A stretch of DNA of 64,000 nt from Balanoglossus misakiensis (lineage: Eukaryota > Animalia > Hemichordata), in NCBI GenBank assembly GCA_040954595.2, contig CM082587.2:11897262-11961261 (forward strand), given 5' to 3'. Under the pieces are notes generated by a model that was not told where the DNA came from, did not search any database, and was given only the letters and a program-made list of their open reading frames with translations. The position numbers were made by a program, and so were the translations under genes. Positions 37,201 through 52,200 of this stretch are shown one piece after another (the stretch's first letter is position 1; each line of letters opens with the position of its first letter).

Positions 37201-40200
37201 AGCTTGGCACCTGTTGAAATGAACTCATCTGCTGTGGGCCAGTTTATTGGTGGCAGTTGAGTTGAGGAGAGCACCTTCCTTCCCGGCACGCCACCAAGTA
37301 AAGTTCCACGCCGCCCACCACAGATGCCAGCATTCATTCATGCGAGTGAGTGTAATTGCAAATTTGCCTATTCTAGAATTCTTACGTGCCATTGGAGAGC
37401 TCCATTGACTGGTCATTCATACTGTTTTCATTCATTCATTGCGGCATCAATATATTTTATGTATTCTAGCCAAAGAGCTTGGCACCTGTTGAAATGAACT
37501 CATCTGCTGTGGGCCAGTTTATTGGTGGCAGTTGAGCTGAGGAGAGCACCTTCCTTCCCGGCACGCCACCAAGTAAAGTTCCACGCCGCCCACCACAGAT
37601 GCCAGCATTCATTCATGCGAGTGAGTGTAATTGCAAATTTGCCTATTCTAGATCTGTAATGGAAATGGAGAAAGTACCTTATATTTTCTGTAAAATAGAC
37701 ATTTAATTGGCAAGCCGTCCTGCATCAATTATGAATTGTGTACATGCACTAAAGCGCCCTCACTGCTGGGTGTGTTGTATGGTCTTTAACCCTGTTTCAA
37801 ATTAGAGTACTTTCTGCAATTTCAAGACAGATCTTACGTGCCATTGGAGAGCTCCATTGACTGGTCATTCATACTGTTTTCATTCATTCATTGTGGCATC
37901 AATATATTTTATCTATTCTAGCCAAAGAGCTTGGCACCTGTTGAAATGAACTCATCTGCTGTGGGCCAGTTTATTGGTGGCAGTTGAGCTGAGGAGAGCA
38001 CCTTCCTTCCCGGCACGCCACCAAGTAAAGTTCCACGCCGCCCACCACAGATGCCAGCATTCATTCATGCGAGTGAGTGTAATTGCAAATTTGCCTATTC
38101 TAGAATTACGTGCCATTGGAGAGCTCCATTGACTGGTCATTCATACTGTTTTCATTCATTCATTGCGGCATCAATATATTTTATCTATTCTAGCCAAAGA
38201 GCTTGGCACCTGTTGAAATGAACTCATCTGCTGTGGGCCAGTTTATTGGTGGCAGTTGAGCTGAGGAGAGCACCTTCCTTCCCGGCACGCCACCAAGTAA
38301 AGTTCCACGCCGCCCACCACAGATGCCAGCATTCATTCATGCGAGTGAGTGTAATTGCAAATTTGCCTATTCTAGATCTGTAATGGAAATGGAGAAAGTA
38401 CCTTATATTTTCTGTAAAATAGACATTTAATTGGCAAGCCGTCCTGCATCAATTATTAATTGTGTACATGCACTAAAGCGCCCTCACTGCTGGGTGTGTT
38501 GTATGGTCTTTAACCCTGTTTCAAATTAGAGTACTTTCTGCAATTTCAAGACAGATCTTACGTGCCATTGGAGAGCTCCATTGACTGGTCATTCATACTG
38601 TTTTCATTCATTCATTGCGGCATCAATATATTTTATCTATTCTAGCCAAAGAGCTTGGCACCTGTTGAAATGAACTCATCTGCTGTGGGCCAGTTTATTG
38701 GTGGCAGTTGAGCTGAGAAGAGCACCTTCCTTCCCGGCACGCCACCAAGTAAAGTTCCACGCCGCCCACCACAGATGCCAGCATTCATTCATGCGAGTGA
38801 GTGTAATTGCAAATTTGCCTATTCTAGATCTGTAATGGAAATGGAGAAAGTACCTTATATTTTCTGTAAAATAGACATTTAATTGGCAAGCCGTCCTGCA
38901 TCAATTATGAATTGTGTACATGCACTAAAGCGCCCTCACTGCTGGGTGTGTTGTATGGTCTTTAACCCTGTTTCAAATTAGAGTACTTTCTGCAATTTCA
39001 AGACAGATCTTACGTGCCATTGGAGAGCTCCATTGACTGGTCATTCATACTGTTTTCATTCATTCATTGCGGCATCAATATATTTTATCTATTCTAGCCA
39101 AAGAGCTTGGCACCTGTTGAAATGAACTCATCTGCTGTGGGCCAGTTTATTGGTGGCAGTTGAGCTGAGGAGAGCACCTTCCTTCCCGGCACGCCACCAA
39201 GTAAAGTTCCACGCCGCCCACCACAGATGCCAGCATTCATTCATGCGAGTGAGTGTAATTGCAAATTTGCCTATTCTAGATCTGTAATGGAAATGGAGAA
39301 AGTACCTTATATTTTCTGTAAAATAGACATTTAATTGGCAAGCCGTCCTGCATCAATTATGAATTGTGTACATGCACTAAAGCGCCCTCACTGCTGGGTG
39401 TGTTGTATGGTCTTTAACCCTGTTTCAAATTAGAGTACTTTCTGCAATTTCAAGACAGATCTTACGTGCCATTGGAGAGCTCCATTGACTGGTCATTCAT
39501 ACTGTTTTCATTCATTCATTGCGGCATCAATATATTTTATCTATTCTAGCCAAAGAGCTTGGCACCTGTTGAAATGAACTCATCTGCTGTGGGCCAGTTT
39601 ATTGGTGGCAGTTGAGCTGAGGAGAGCACCTTCCTTCCCGGCACGCCACCAAGTAAAGTTCCACGCCGCCCACCACAGATGCCAGCATTCATTCATGCGA
39701 GTGAGTGTAATTGCAAATTTGCCTATTCTAGATCTGTAATGGAAATGGAGAAAGTACCTTATATTTTCTGTAAAATAGACATTTAATTGGCAAGCCGTCC
39801 TGCATCAATTATGAATTGTGTACATGCACTAAAGCGCCCTCACTGCTGGGTGTGTTGTATGGTCTTTAACCCTGTTTCAAATTAGAGTACTTTCTGCAAT
39901 TTCAAGACAGATCTTACGTGCCATTGGAGAGCTCCATTGACTGGTCATTCATACTGTTTTCATTCATTCATTGCGGCATCAATATATTTTATGTATTCTA
40001 GCCAAAGAGCTTGGCACCTGTTGAAATGAACTCATCTGCTGTGGGCCAGTTTATTGGTGGCAGTTGAGCTGAGGAGAGCACCTTCCTTCCCGGCACGCCA
40101 CCAAGTAAAGTTCCACGCCGCCCACCACAGATGCCAGCATTCATTCATGCGAGTGAGTGTAATTGCAAATTTGCCTATTCTAGATCTGTAATGGAAATGG

Positions 40201-43200
40201 AGAAAGTACCTTATATTTTCTGTAAAATAGACATTTAATTGGCAAGCCGTCCTGCATCAATTATTAATTGTGTACATGCACTAAAGCGCCCTCACTGCTG
40301 GGTGTGTTGTATGGTCTTTAACCCTGTTTCAAATTAGAGTACTTTCTGCAATTTCAAGACAGATCTTACGTGCCATTGGAGAGCTCCATTGACTGGTCAT
40401 TCATACTGTTTTCATTCATTCATTGCGGCATCAATATATTTTATCTATTCTAGCCAAAGAGCTTGGCACCTGTTGAAATGAACTCATCTGCTGTGGGCCA
40501 GTTTATTGGTGGCAGTTGAGCTGAGGAGAGCACCTTCCTTCCCGGCACGCCACCAAGTAAAGTTCCACGCCGCCCACCACAGATGCCAGCATTCATTCAT
40601 GCGAGTGAGTGTAATTGCAAATTTGCCTATTCTAGAATTACGTGCCATTGGAGAGCTCCATTGACTGGTCATTCATACTGTTTTCATTCATTCATTGCGG
40701 CATCAATATATTTTATCTATTCTAGCCAAAGAGCTTGGCACCTGTTGAAATGAACTCATCTGCTGTGGGCCAGTTTATTGGTGGCAGTTGAGCTGAGGAG
40801 AGCACCTTCCTTCCCGGCACGCCACCAAGTAAAGTTCCACGCCGCCCACCACAGATGCCAGCATTCATTCATGCGAGTGAGTGTAATTGCAAATTTGCCT
40901 ATTCTAGATCTGTAATGGAAATGGAGAAAGTACCTTATATTTTCTGTAAAATAGACATTTAATTGGCAAGCCGTCCTGCATCAATTATGAATTGTGTACA
41001 TGCACTAAAGCGCCCTCACTGCTGGGTGTGTTGTATGGTCTTTAACCCTGTTTCAAATTAGAGTACTTTCTGCAATTTCAAGACAGATCTTACGTGCCAT
41101 TGGAGAGCTCCATTGACTGGTCATTCATACTGTTTTCATTCATTCATTGCGGCATCAATATATTTTATCTATTCTAGCCAAAGAGCTTGGCACCTGTTGA
41201 AATGAACTCATCTGCTGTGGGCCAGTTTATTGGTGGCAGTTGAGCTGAGGAGAGCACCTTCCTTCCCGGCACGCCACCAAGTAAAGTTCCACGCCGCCCA
41301 CCACAGATGCCAGCATTCATTCATGCGAGTGAGTGTAATTGCAAATTTGCCTATTCTAGAATCTTACGTGCCATTGGAGAGCTCCATTGACTGGTCATTC
41401 ATACTGTTTTCATTCATTCATTGCGGCATCAATATATTTTATCTATTCTAGCCAAAGAGCTTGGCACCTGTTGAAATGAACTCATCTGCTGTGGGCCAGT
41501 TTATTGGTGGCAGTTGAGCTGAGGAGAGCACCTTCCTTCCCGGCACGCCACCAAGTAAAGTTCCACGCCGCCCACCACAGATGCCAGCATTCATTCATGC
41601 GAGTGAGTGTAATTGCAAATTTGCCTATTCTAGATCTGTAATGGAAATGGAGAAAGTACCTTATATTTTCTGTAAAATAGACATTTAATTGGCAAGCCGT
41701 CCTGCATCAATTATTAATTGTGTACATGCACTAAAGCGCCCTCACTGCTGGGTGTGTTGTATGGTCTTTAACCCTGTTTCAAATTAGAGTACTTTCTGCA
41801 ATTTCAAGACAGATCTTACGTGCCATTGGAGAGCTCCATTGACTGGTCATTCATACTGTTTTCATTCATTCATTGCGGCATCAATATATTTTATCTATTC
41901 TAGCCAAAGAGCTTGGCACCTGTTGAAATGAACTCATCTGCTGTGGGCCAGTTTATTGGTGGCAGTTGAGCTGAGAAGAGCACCTTCCTTCCCGGCACGC
42001 CACCAAGTAAAGTTCCACGCCGCCCACCACAGATGCCAGCATTCATTCATGCGAGTGAGTGTAATTGCAAATTTGCCTATTCTAGATCTGTAATGGAAAT
42101 GGAGAAAGTACCTTATATTTTCTGTAAAATAGACATTTAATTGGCAAGCCGTCCTGCATCAATTATGAATTGTGTACATGCACTAAAGCGCCCTCACTGC
42201 TGGGTGTGTTGTATGGTCTTTAACCCTGTTTCAAATTAGAGTACTTTCTGCAATTTCAAGACAGATCTTACGTGCCATTGGAGAGCTCCATTGACTGGTC
42301 ATTCATACTGTTTTCATTCATTCATTGCGGCATCAATATATTTTATCTATTCTAGCCAAAGAGCTTGGCACCTGTTGAAATGAACTCATCTGCTGTGGGC
42401 CAGTTTATTGGTGGCAGTTGAGCTGAGGAGAGCACCTTCCTTCCCGGCACGCCACCAAGTAAAGTTCCACGCCGCCCACCACAGATGCCAGCATTCATTC
42501 ATGCGAGTGAGTGTAATTGCAAATTTGCCTATTCTAGATCTGTAATGGAAATGGAGAAAGTACCTTATATTTTCTGTAAAATAGACATTTAATTGGCAAG
42601 CCGTCCTGCATCAATTATGAATTGTGTACATGCACTAAAGCGCCCTCACTGCTGGGTGTGTTGTATGGTCTTTAACCCTGTTTCAAATTAGAGTACTTTC
42701 TGCAATTTCAAGACAGATCTTACGTGCCATTGGAGAGCTCCATTGACTGGTCATTCATACTGTTTTCATTCATTCATTGCGGCATCAATATATTTTATCT
42801 ATTCTAGCCAAAGAGCTTGGCACCTGTTGAAATGAACTCATCTGCTGTGGGCCAGTTTATTGGTGGCAGTTGAGCTGAGGAGAGCACCTTCCTTCCCGGC
42901 ACGCCACCAAGTAAAGTTCCACGCCGCCCACCACAGATGCCAGCATTCATTCATGCGAGTGAGTGTAATTGCAAATTTGCCTATTCTAGATCTGTAATGG
43001 AAATGGAGAAAGTACCTTATATTTTCTGTAAAATAGACATTTAATTGGCAAGCCGTCCTGCATCAATTATGAATTGTGTACATGCACTAAAGCGCCCTCA
43101 CTGCTGGGTGTGTTGTATGGTCTTTAACCCTGTTTCAAATTAGAGTACTTTCTGCAATTTCAAGACAGATCTTACGTGCCATTGGAGAGCTCCATTGACT

Positions 43201-46200
43201 GGTCATTCATACTGTTTTCATTCATTCATTGCGGCATCAATATATTTTATCTATTCTAGCCAAAGAGCTTGGCACCTGTTGAAATGAACTCATCTGCTGT
43301 GGGCCAGTTTATTGGTGGCAGTTGAGCTGAGAAGAGCACCTTCCTTCCCGGCACGCCACCAAGTAAAGTTCCACGCCGCCCACCACAGATGCCAGCATTC
43401 ATTCATGCGAGTGAGTGTAATTGCAAATTTGCCTATTCTAGAATCTTACGTGCCATTGGAGAGCTCCATTGACTGGTCATTCATACTGTTTTCATTCATT
43501 CATTGCGGCATCAATATATTTTATCTATTCTAGCCAAAGAGCTTGGCACCTGTTGAAATGAACTCATCTGCTGTGGGCCAGTTTATTGGTGGCAGTTGAG
43601 CTGAGGAGAGCACCTTCCTTCCCGGGACGCCACCAAGTAAAGTTCCACGCCGCCCACCACAGATGCCAGCATTCATTCATGCGAGTGAGTGTAATTGCAA
43701 ATTTGCCTATTCTAGATTCTTACGTGCCATTGGAGAGCTCCATTGACTGGTCATTCATACTGTTTTCATTCATTCATTGCGGCATCAATATATTTTATCT
43801 ATTCTAGCCAAAGAGCTTGGCACCTGTTGAAATGAACTCATCTGCTGTGGGCCAGTTTATTGGTGGCAGTTGAGCTGAGGAGAGCACCTTCCTTCCCGGC
43901 ACGCCACCAAGTAAAGTTCCACGCCGCCCACCACAGATGCCAGCATTCATTCATGCGAGTGAGTGTAATTGCAAATTTGCCTATTCTAGATCTGTAATGG
44001 AAATGGAGAAAGTACCTTATATTTTCTGTAAAATAGACATTTAATTGGCAAGCCGTCCTGCATCAATTATTAATTGTGTACATGCACTAAAGCGCCCTCA
44101 CTGCTGGGTGTGTTGTATGGTCTTTAACCCTGTTTCAAATTAGAGTACTTTCTGCAATTTCAAGACAGATCTTACGTGCCATTGGAGAGCTCCATTGACT
44201 GGTCATTCATACTGTTTTCATTCATTCATTGCGGCATCAATATATTTTATCTATTCTAGCCAAAGAGCTTGGCACCTGTTGAAATGAACTCATCTGCTGT
44301 GGGCCAGTTTATTGGTGGCAGTTGAGCTGAGGAGAGCACCTTCCTTCCCGGCACGCCACCAAGTAAAGTTCCACGCCGCCCACCACAGATGCCAGCATTC
44401 ATTCATGCGAGTGAGTGTAATTGCAAATTTGCCTATTCTAGAATTACGTGCCATTGGAGAGCTCCATTGACTGGTCATTCATACTGTTTTCATTCATTCA
44501 TTGCGGCATCAATATATTTTATCTATTCTAGCCAAAGAGCTTGGCACCTGTTGAAATGAACTCATCTGCTGTGGGCCAGTTTATTGGTGGCAGTTGAGCT
44601 GAGGAGAGCACCTTCCTTCCCGGCACGCCACCAAGTAAAGTTCCACGCCGCCCACCACAGATGCCAGCATTCATTCATGCGAGTGAGTGTAATTGCAAAT
44701 TTGCCTATTCTAGATCTGTAATGGAAATGGAGAAAGTACCTTATATTTTCTGTAAAATAGACATTTAATTGGCAAGCCGTCCTGCATCAATTATGAATTG
44801 TGTACATGCACTAAAGCGCCCTCACTGCTGGGTGTGTTGTATGGTCTTTAACCCTGTTTCAAATTAGAGTACTTTCTGCAATTTCAAGACAGATCTTACG
44901 TGCCATTGGAGAGCTCCATTGACTGGTCATTCATACTGTTTTCATTCATTCATTGCGGCATCAATATATTTTATCTATTCTAGCCAAAGAGCTTGGCACC
45001 TGTTGAAATGAACTCATCTGCTGTGGGCCAGTTTATTGGTGGCAGTTGAGCTGAGGAGAGCACCTTCCTTCCCGGCACGCCACCAAGTAAAGTTCCACGC
45101 CGCCCACCACAGATGCCAGCATTCATTCATGCGAGTGAGTGTAATTGCAAATTTGCCTATTCTAGATCTGTAATGGAAATGGAGAAAGTACCTTATATTT
45201 TCTGTAAAATAGACATTTAATTGGCAAGCCGTCCTGCATCAATTATGAATTGTGTACATGCACTAAAGCGCCCTCACTGCTGGGTGTGTTGTATGGTCTT
45301 TAACCCTGTTTCAAATTAGAGTACTTTCTGCAATTTCAAGACAGATCTTACGTGCCATTGGAGAGCTCCATTGACTGGTCATTCATACTGTTTTCATTCA
45401 TTCATTTCGGCATCAATATATTTTATCTATTCTAGCCAAAGAGCTTGGCACCTGTTGAAATGAACTCATCTGCTGTGGGCCAGTTTATTGGTGGCAGTTG
45501 AGCTGAGGAGAGCACCTTCCTTCCCGGCACGCCACCAAGTAAAGTTCCACGCCGCCCACCACAGATGCCAGCATTCATTCATGCGAGTGAGTGTAATTGC
45601 AAATTTGCCTATTCTAGATCTGTAATGGAAATGGAGAAAGTACCTTATATTTTCTGTAAAATAGACATTTAATTGGCAAGCCGTCCTGCATCAATTATGA
45701 ATTGTGTACATGCACTAAAGCGCCCTCACTGCTGGGTGTGTTGTATGGTCTTTAACCCTGTTTCAAATTAGAGTACTTTCTGCAATTTCAAGACAGATCT
45801 TACGTGCCATTGGAGAGCTCCATTGACTGGTCATTCATACTGTTTTCATTCATTCATTGCGGCATCAATATATTTTATCTATTCTAGCCAAAGAGCTTGG
45901 CACCTGTTGAAATGAACTCATCTGCTGTGGGCCAGTTTATTGGTGGCAGTTGAGCTGAGGAGAGCACCTTCCTTCCCGGCACGCCACCAAGTAAAGTTCC
46001 ACGCCGCCCACCACAGATGCCAGCATTCATTCATGCGAGTGAGTGTAATTGCAAATTTGCCTATTCTAGATTCTTACGTGCCATTGGAGAGCTCCATTGA
46101 CTGGTCATTCATACTGTTTTCATTCATTCATTGCGGCATCAATATATTTTATCTATTCTAGCCAAAGAGCTTGGCACCTGTTGAAATGAACTCATCTGCT

Positions 46201-49200
46201 GTGGGCCAGTTTATTGGTGGCAGTTGAGCTGAGGAGAGCACCTTCCTTCCCGGCACGCCACCAAGTAAAGTTCCACGCCGCCCACCACAGATGCCAGCAT
46301 TCATTCATGCGAGTGAGTGTAATTGCAAATTTGCCTATTCTAGATCTGTAATGGAAATGGAGAAAGTACCTTATATTTTCTGTAAAATAGACATTTAATT
46401 GGCAAGCCGTCCTGCATCAATTATTAATTGTGTACATGCACTAAAGCGCCCTCACTGCTGGGTGTGTTGTATGGTCTTTAACCCTGTTTCAAATTAGAGT
46501 ACTTTCTGCAATTTCAAGACAGATCTTACGTGCCATTGGAGAGCTCCATTGACTGGTCATTCATACTGTTTTCATTCATTCATTGCGGCATCAATATATT
46601 TTATCTATTCTAGCCAAAGAGCTTGGCACCTGTTGAAATGAACTCATCTGCTGTGGGCCAGTTTATTGGTGGCAGTTGAGCTGAGAAGAGCACCTTCCTT
46701 CCCGGCACGCCACCAAGTAAAGTTCCACGCCGCCCACCACAGATGCCAGCATTCATTCATGCGAGTGAGTGTAATTGCAAATTTGCCTATTCTAGATCTG
46801 TAATGGAAATGGAGAAAGTACCTTATATTTTCTGTAAAATAGACATTTAATTGGCAAGCCGTCCTGCATCAATTATGAATTGTGTACATGCACTAAAGCG
46901 CCCTCACTGCTGGGTGTGTTGTATGGTCTTTAACCCTGTTTCAAATTAGAGTACTTTCTGCAATTTCAAGACAGATCTTACGTGCCATTGGAGAGCTCCA
47001 TTGACTGGTCATTCATACTGTTTTCATTCATTCATTGCGGCATCAATATATTTTATCTATTCTAGCCAAAGAGCTTGGCACCTGTTGAAATGAACTCATC
47101 TGCTGTGGGCCAGTTTATTGGTGGCAGTTGAGCTGAGGAGAGCACCTTCCTTCCCGGCACGCCACCAAGTAAAGTTCCACGCCGCCCACCACAGATGCCA
47201 GCATTCATTCATGCGAGTGAGTGTAATTGCAAATTTGCCTATTCTAGATCTGTAATGGAAATGGAGAAAGTACCTTATATTTTCTGTAAAATAGACATTT
47301 AATTGGCAAGCCGTCCTGCATCAATTATGAATTGTGTACATGCACTAAAGCGCCCTCACTGCTGGGTGTGTTGTATGGTCTTTAACCCTGTTTCAAATTA
47401 GAGTACTTTCTGCAATTTCAAGACAGATCTTACGTGCCATTGGAGAGCTCCATTGACTGGTCATTCATACTGTTTTCATTCATTCATTGCGGCATCAATA
47501 TATTTTATCTATTCTAGCCAAAGAGCTTGGCACCTGTTGAAATGAACTCATCTGCTGTGGGCCAGTTTATTGGTGGCAGTTGAGCTGAGGAGAGCACCTT
47601 CCTTCCCGGCACGCCACCAAGTAAAGTTCCACGCCGCCCACCACAGATGCCAGCATTCATTCATGCGAGTGAGTGTAATTGCAAATTTGCCTATTCTAGA
47701 TCTGTAATGGAAATGGAGAAAGTACCTTATATTTTCTGTAAAATAGACATTTAATTGGCAAGCCGTCCTGCATCAATTATGAATTGTGTACATGCACTAA
47801 AGCGCCCTCACTGCTGGGTGTGTTGTATGGTCTTTAACCCTGTTTCAAATTAGAGTACTTTCTGCAATTTCAAGACAGATCTTACGTGCCATTGGAGAGC
47901 TCCATTGACTGGTCATTCATACTGTTTTCATTCATTCATTGCGGCATCAATATATTTTATCTATTCTAGCCAAAGAGCTTGGCACCTGTTGAAATGAACT
48001 CATCTGCTGTGGGCCAGTTTATTGGTGGCAGTTGAGCTGAGGAGAGCACCTTCCTTCCCGGCACGCCACCAAGTAAAGTTCCACGCCGCCCACCACAGAT
48101 GCCAGCATTCATTCATGCGAGTGAGTGTAATTGCAAATTTGCCTATTCTAGATCTGTAATGGAAATGGAGAAAGTACCTTATATTTTCTGTAAAATAGAC
48201 ATTTAATTGGCAAGCCGTCCTGCATCAATTATGAATTGTGTACATGCACTAAAGCGCCCTCACTGCTGGGTGTGTTGTATGGTCTTTAACCCTGTTTCAA
48301 ATTAGAGTACTTTCTGCAATTTCAAGACAGATCTTACGTGCCATTGGAGAGCTCCATTGACTGGTCATTCATACTGTTTTCATTCATTCATTTCGGCATC
48401 AATATATTTTATCTATTCTAGCCAAAGAGCTTGGCACCTGTTGAAATGAACTCATCTGCTGTGGGCCAGTTTATTGGTGGCAGTTGAGCTGAGAAGAGCA
48501 CCTTCCTTCCCGGCACGCCACCAAGTAAAGTTCCACGCCGCCCACCACAGATGCCAGCATTCATTCATGCGAGTGAGTGTAATTGCAAATTTGCCTATTC
48601 TAGAATCTTACGTGCCATTGGAGAGCTCCATTGACTGGTCATTCATACTGTTTTCATTCATTCATTGCGGCATCAATATATTTTATCTATTCTAGCCAAA
48701 GAGCTTGGCACCTGTTGAAATGAACTCATCTGCTGTGGGCCAGTTTATTGGTGGCAGTTGAGCTGAGGAGAGCACCTTCCTTCCCGGGACGCCACCAAGT
48801 AAAGTTCCACGCCGCCCACCACAGATGCCAGCATTCATTCATGCGAGTGAGTGTAATTGCAAATTTGCCTATTCTAGATTCTTACGTGCCATTGGAGAGC
48901 TCCATTGACTGGTCATTCATACTGTTTTCATTCATTCATTGCGGCATCAATATATTTTATCTATTCTAGCCAAAGAGCTTGGCACCTGTTGAAATGAACT
49001 CATCTGCTGTGGGCCAGTTTATTGGTGGCAGTTGAGCTGAGGAGAGCACCTTCCTTCCCGGCACGCCACCAAGTAAAGTTCCACGCCGCCCACCACAGAT
49101 GCCAGCATTCATTCATGCGAGTGAGTGTAATTGCAAATTTGCCTATTCTAGATCTGTAATGGAAATGGAGAAAGTACCTTATATTTTCTGTAAAATAGAC

Positions 49201-52200
49201 ATTTAATTGGCAAGCCGTCCTGCATCAATTATTAATTGTGTACATGCACTAAAGCGCCCTCACTGCTGGGTGTGTTGTATGGTCTTTAACCCTGTTTCAA
49301 ATTAGAGTACTTTCTGCAATTTCAAGACAGATCTTACGTGCCATTGGAGAGCTCCATTGACTGGTCATTCATACTGTTTTCATTCATTCATTGCGGCATC
49401 AATATATTTTATCTATTCTAGCCAAAGAGCTTGGCACCTGTTGAAATGAACTCATCTGCTGTGGGCCAGTTTATTGGTGGCAGTTGAGCTGAGGAGAGCA
49501 CCTTCCTTCCCGGCACGCCACCAAGTAAAGTTCCACGCCGCCCACCACAGATGCCAGCATTCATTCATGCGAGTGAGTGTAATTGCAAATTTGCCTATTC
49601 TAGAATTACGTGCCATTGGAGAGCTCCATTGACTGGTCATTCATACTGTTTTCATTCATTCATTGCGGCATCAATATATTTTATCTATTCTAGCCAAAGA
49701 GCTTGGCACCTGTTGAAATGAACTCATCTGCTGTGGGCCAGTTTATTGGTGGCAGTTGAGCTGAGGAGAGCACCTTCCTTCCCGGCACGCCACCAAGTAA
49801 AGTTCCACGCCGCCCACCACAGATGCCAGCATTCATTCATGCGAGTGAGTGTAATTGCAAATTTGCCTATTCTAGATCTGTAATGGAAATGGAGAAAGTA
49901 CCTTATATTTTCTGTAAAATAGACATTTAATTGGCAAGCCGTCCTGCATCAATTATGAATTGTGTACATGCACTAAAGCGCCCTCACTGCTGGGTGTGTT
50001 GTATGGTCTTTAACCCTGTTTCAAATTAGAGTACTTTCTGCAATTTCAAGACAGATCTTACGTGCCATTGGAGAGCTCCATTGACTGGTCATTCATACTG
50101 TTTTCATTCATTCATTGCGGCATCAATATATTTTATGTATTCTAGCCAAAGAGCTTGGCACCTGTTGAAATGAACTCATCTGCTGTGGGCCAGTTTATTG
50201 GTGGCAGTTGAGCTGAGGAGAGCACCTTCCTTCCCGGCACGCCACCAAGTAAAGTTCCACGCCGCCCACCACAGATGCCAGCATTCATTCATGCGAGTGA
50301 GTGTAATTGCAAATTTGCCTATTCTAGATCTGTAATGGAAATGGAGAAAGTACCTTATATTTTCTGTAAAATAGACATTTAATTGGCAAGCCGTCCTGCA
50401 TCAATTATTAATTGTGTACATGCACTAAAGCGCCCTCACTGCTGGGTGTGTTGTATGGTCTTTAACCCTGTTTCAAATTAGAGTACTTTCTGCAATTTCA
50501 AGACAGATCTTACGTGCCATTGGAGAGCTCCATTGACTGGTCATTCATACTGTTTTCATTCATTCATTGCGGCATCAATATATTTTATCTATTCTAGCCA
50601 AAGAGCTTGGCACCTGTTGAAATGAACTCATCTGCTGTGGGCCAGTTTATTGGTGGCAGTTGAGTTGAGGAGAGCACCTTCCTTCCCGGCACGCCACCAA
50701 GTAAAGTTCCACGCCGCCCACCACAGATGCCAGCATTCATTCATGCGAGTGAGTGTAATTGCAAATTTGCCTATTCTAGAATTCTTACGTGCCATTGGAG
50801 AGCTCCATTGACTGGTCATTCATACTGTTTTCATTCATTCATTGCGGCATCAATATATTTTATGTATTCTAGCCAAAGAGCTTGGCACCTGTTGAAATGA
50901 ACTCATCTGCTGTGGGCCAGTTTATTGGTGGCAGTTGAGCTGAGGAGAGCACCTTCCTTCCCGGCACGCCACCAAGTAAAGTTCCACGCCGCCCACCACA
51001 GATGCCAGCATTCATTCATGCGAGTGAGTGTAATTGCAAATTTGCCTATTCTAGATCTGTAATGGAAATGGAGAAAGTACCTTATATTTTCTGTAAAATA
51101 GACATTTAATTGGCAAGCCGTCCTGCATCAATTATGAATTGTGTACATGCACTAAAGCGCCCTCACTGCTGGGTGTGTTGTATGGTCTTTAACCCTGTTT
51201 CAAATTAGAGTACTTTCTGCAATTTCAAGACAGATCTTACGTGCCATTGGAGAGCTCCATTGACTGGTCATTCATACTGTTTTCATTCATTCATTGTGGC
51301 ATCAATATATTTTATCTATTCTAGCCAAAGAGCTTGGCACCTGTTGAAATGAACTCATCTGCTGTGGGCCAGTTTATTGGTGGCAGTTGAGCTGAGGAGA
51401 GCACCTTCCTTCCCGGCACGCCACCAAGTAAAGTTCCACGCCGCCCACCACAGATGCCAGCATTCATTCATGCGAGTGAGTGTAATTGCAAATTTGCCTA
51501 TTCTAGAATTACGTGCCATTGGAGAGCTCCATTGACTGGTCATTCATACTGTTTTCATTCATTCATTGCGGCATCAATATATTTTATCTATTCTAGCCAA
51601 AGAGCTTGGCACCTGTTGAAATGAACTCATCTGCTGTGGGCCAGTTTATTGGTGGCAGTTGAGCTGAGGAGAGCACCTTCCTTCCCGGCACGCCACCAAG
51701 TAAAGTTCCACGCCGCCCACCACAGATGCCAGCATTCATTCATGCGAGTGAGTGTAATTGCAAATTTGCCTATTCTAGATCTGTAATGGAAATGGAGAAA
51801 GTACCTTATATTTTCTGTAAAATAGACATTTAATTGGCAAGCCGTCCTGCATCAATTATTAATTGTGTACATGCACTAAAGCGCCCTCACTGCTGGGTGT
51901 GTTGTATGGTCTTTAACCCTGTTTCAAATTAGAGTACTTTCTGCAATTTCAAGACAGATCTTACGTGCCATTGGAGAGCTCCATTGACTGGTCATTCATA
52001 CTGTTTTCATTCATTCATTGCGGCATCAATATATTTTATCTATTCTAGCCAAAGAGCTTGGCACCTGTTGAAATGAACTCATCTGCTGTGGGCCAGTTTA
52101 TTGGTGGCAGTTGAGCTGAGAAGAGCACCTTCCTTCCCGGCACGCCACCAAGTAAAGTTCCACGCCGCCCACCACAGATGCCAGCATTCATTCATGCGAG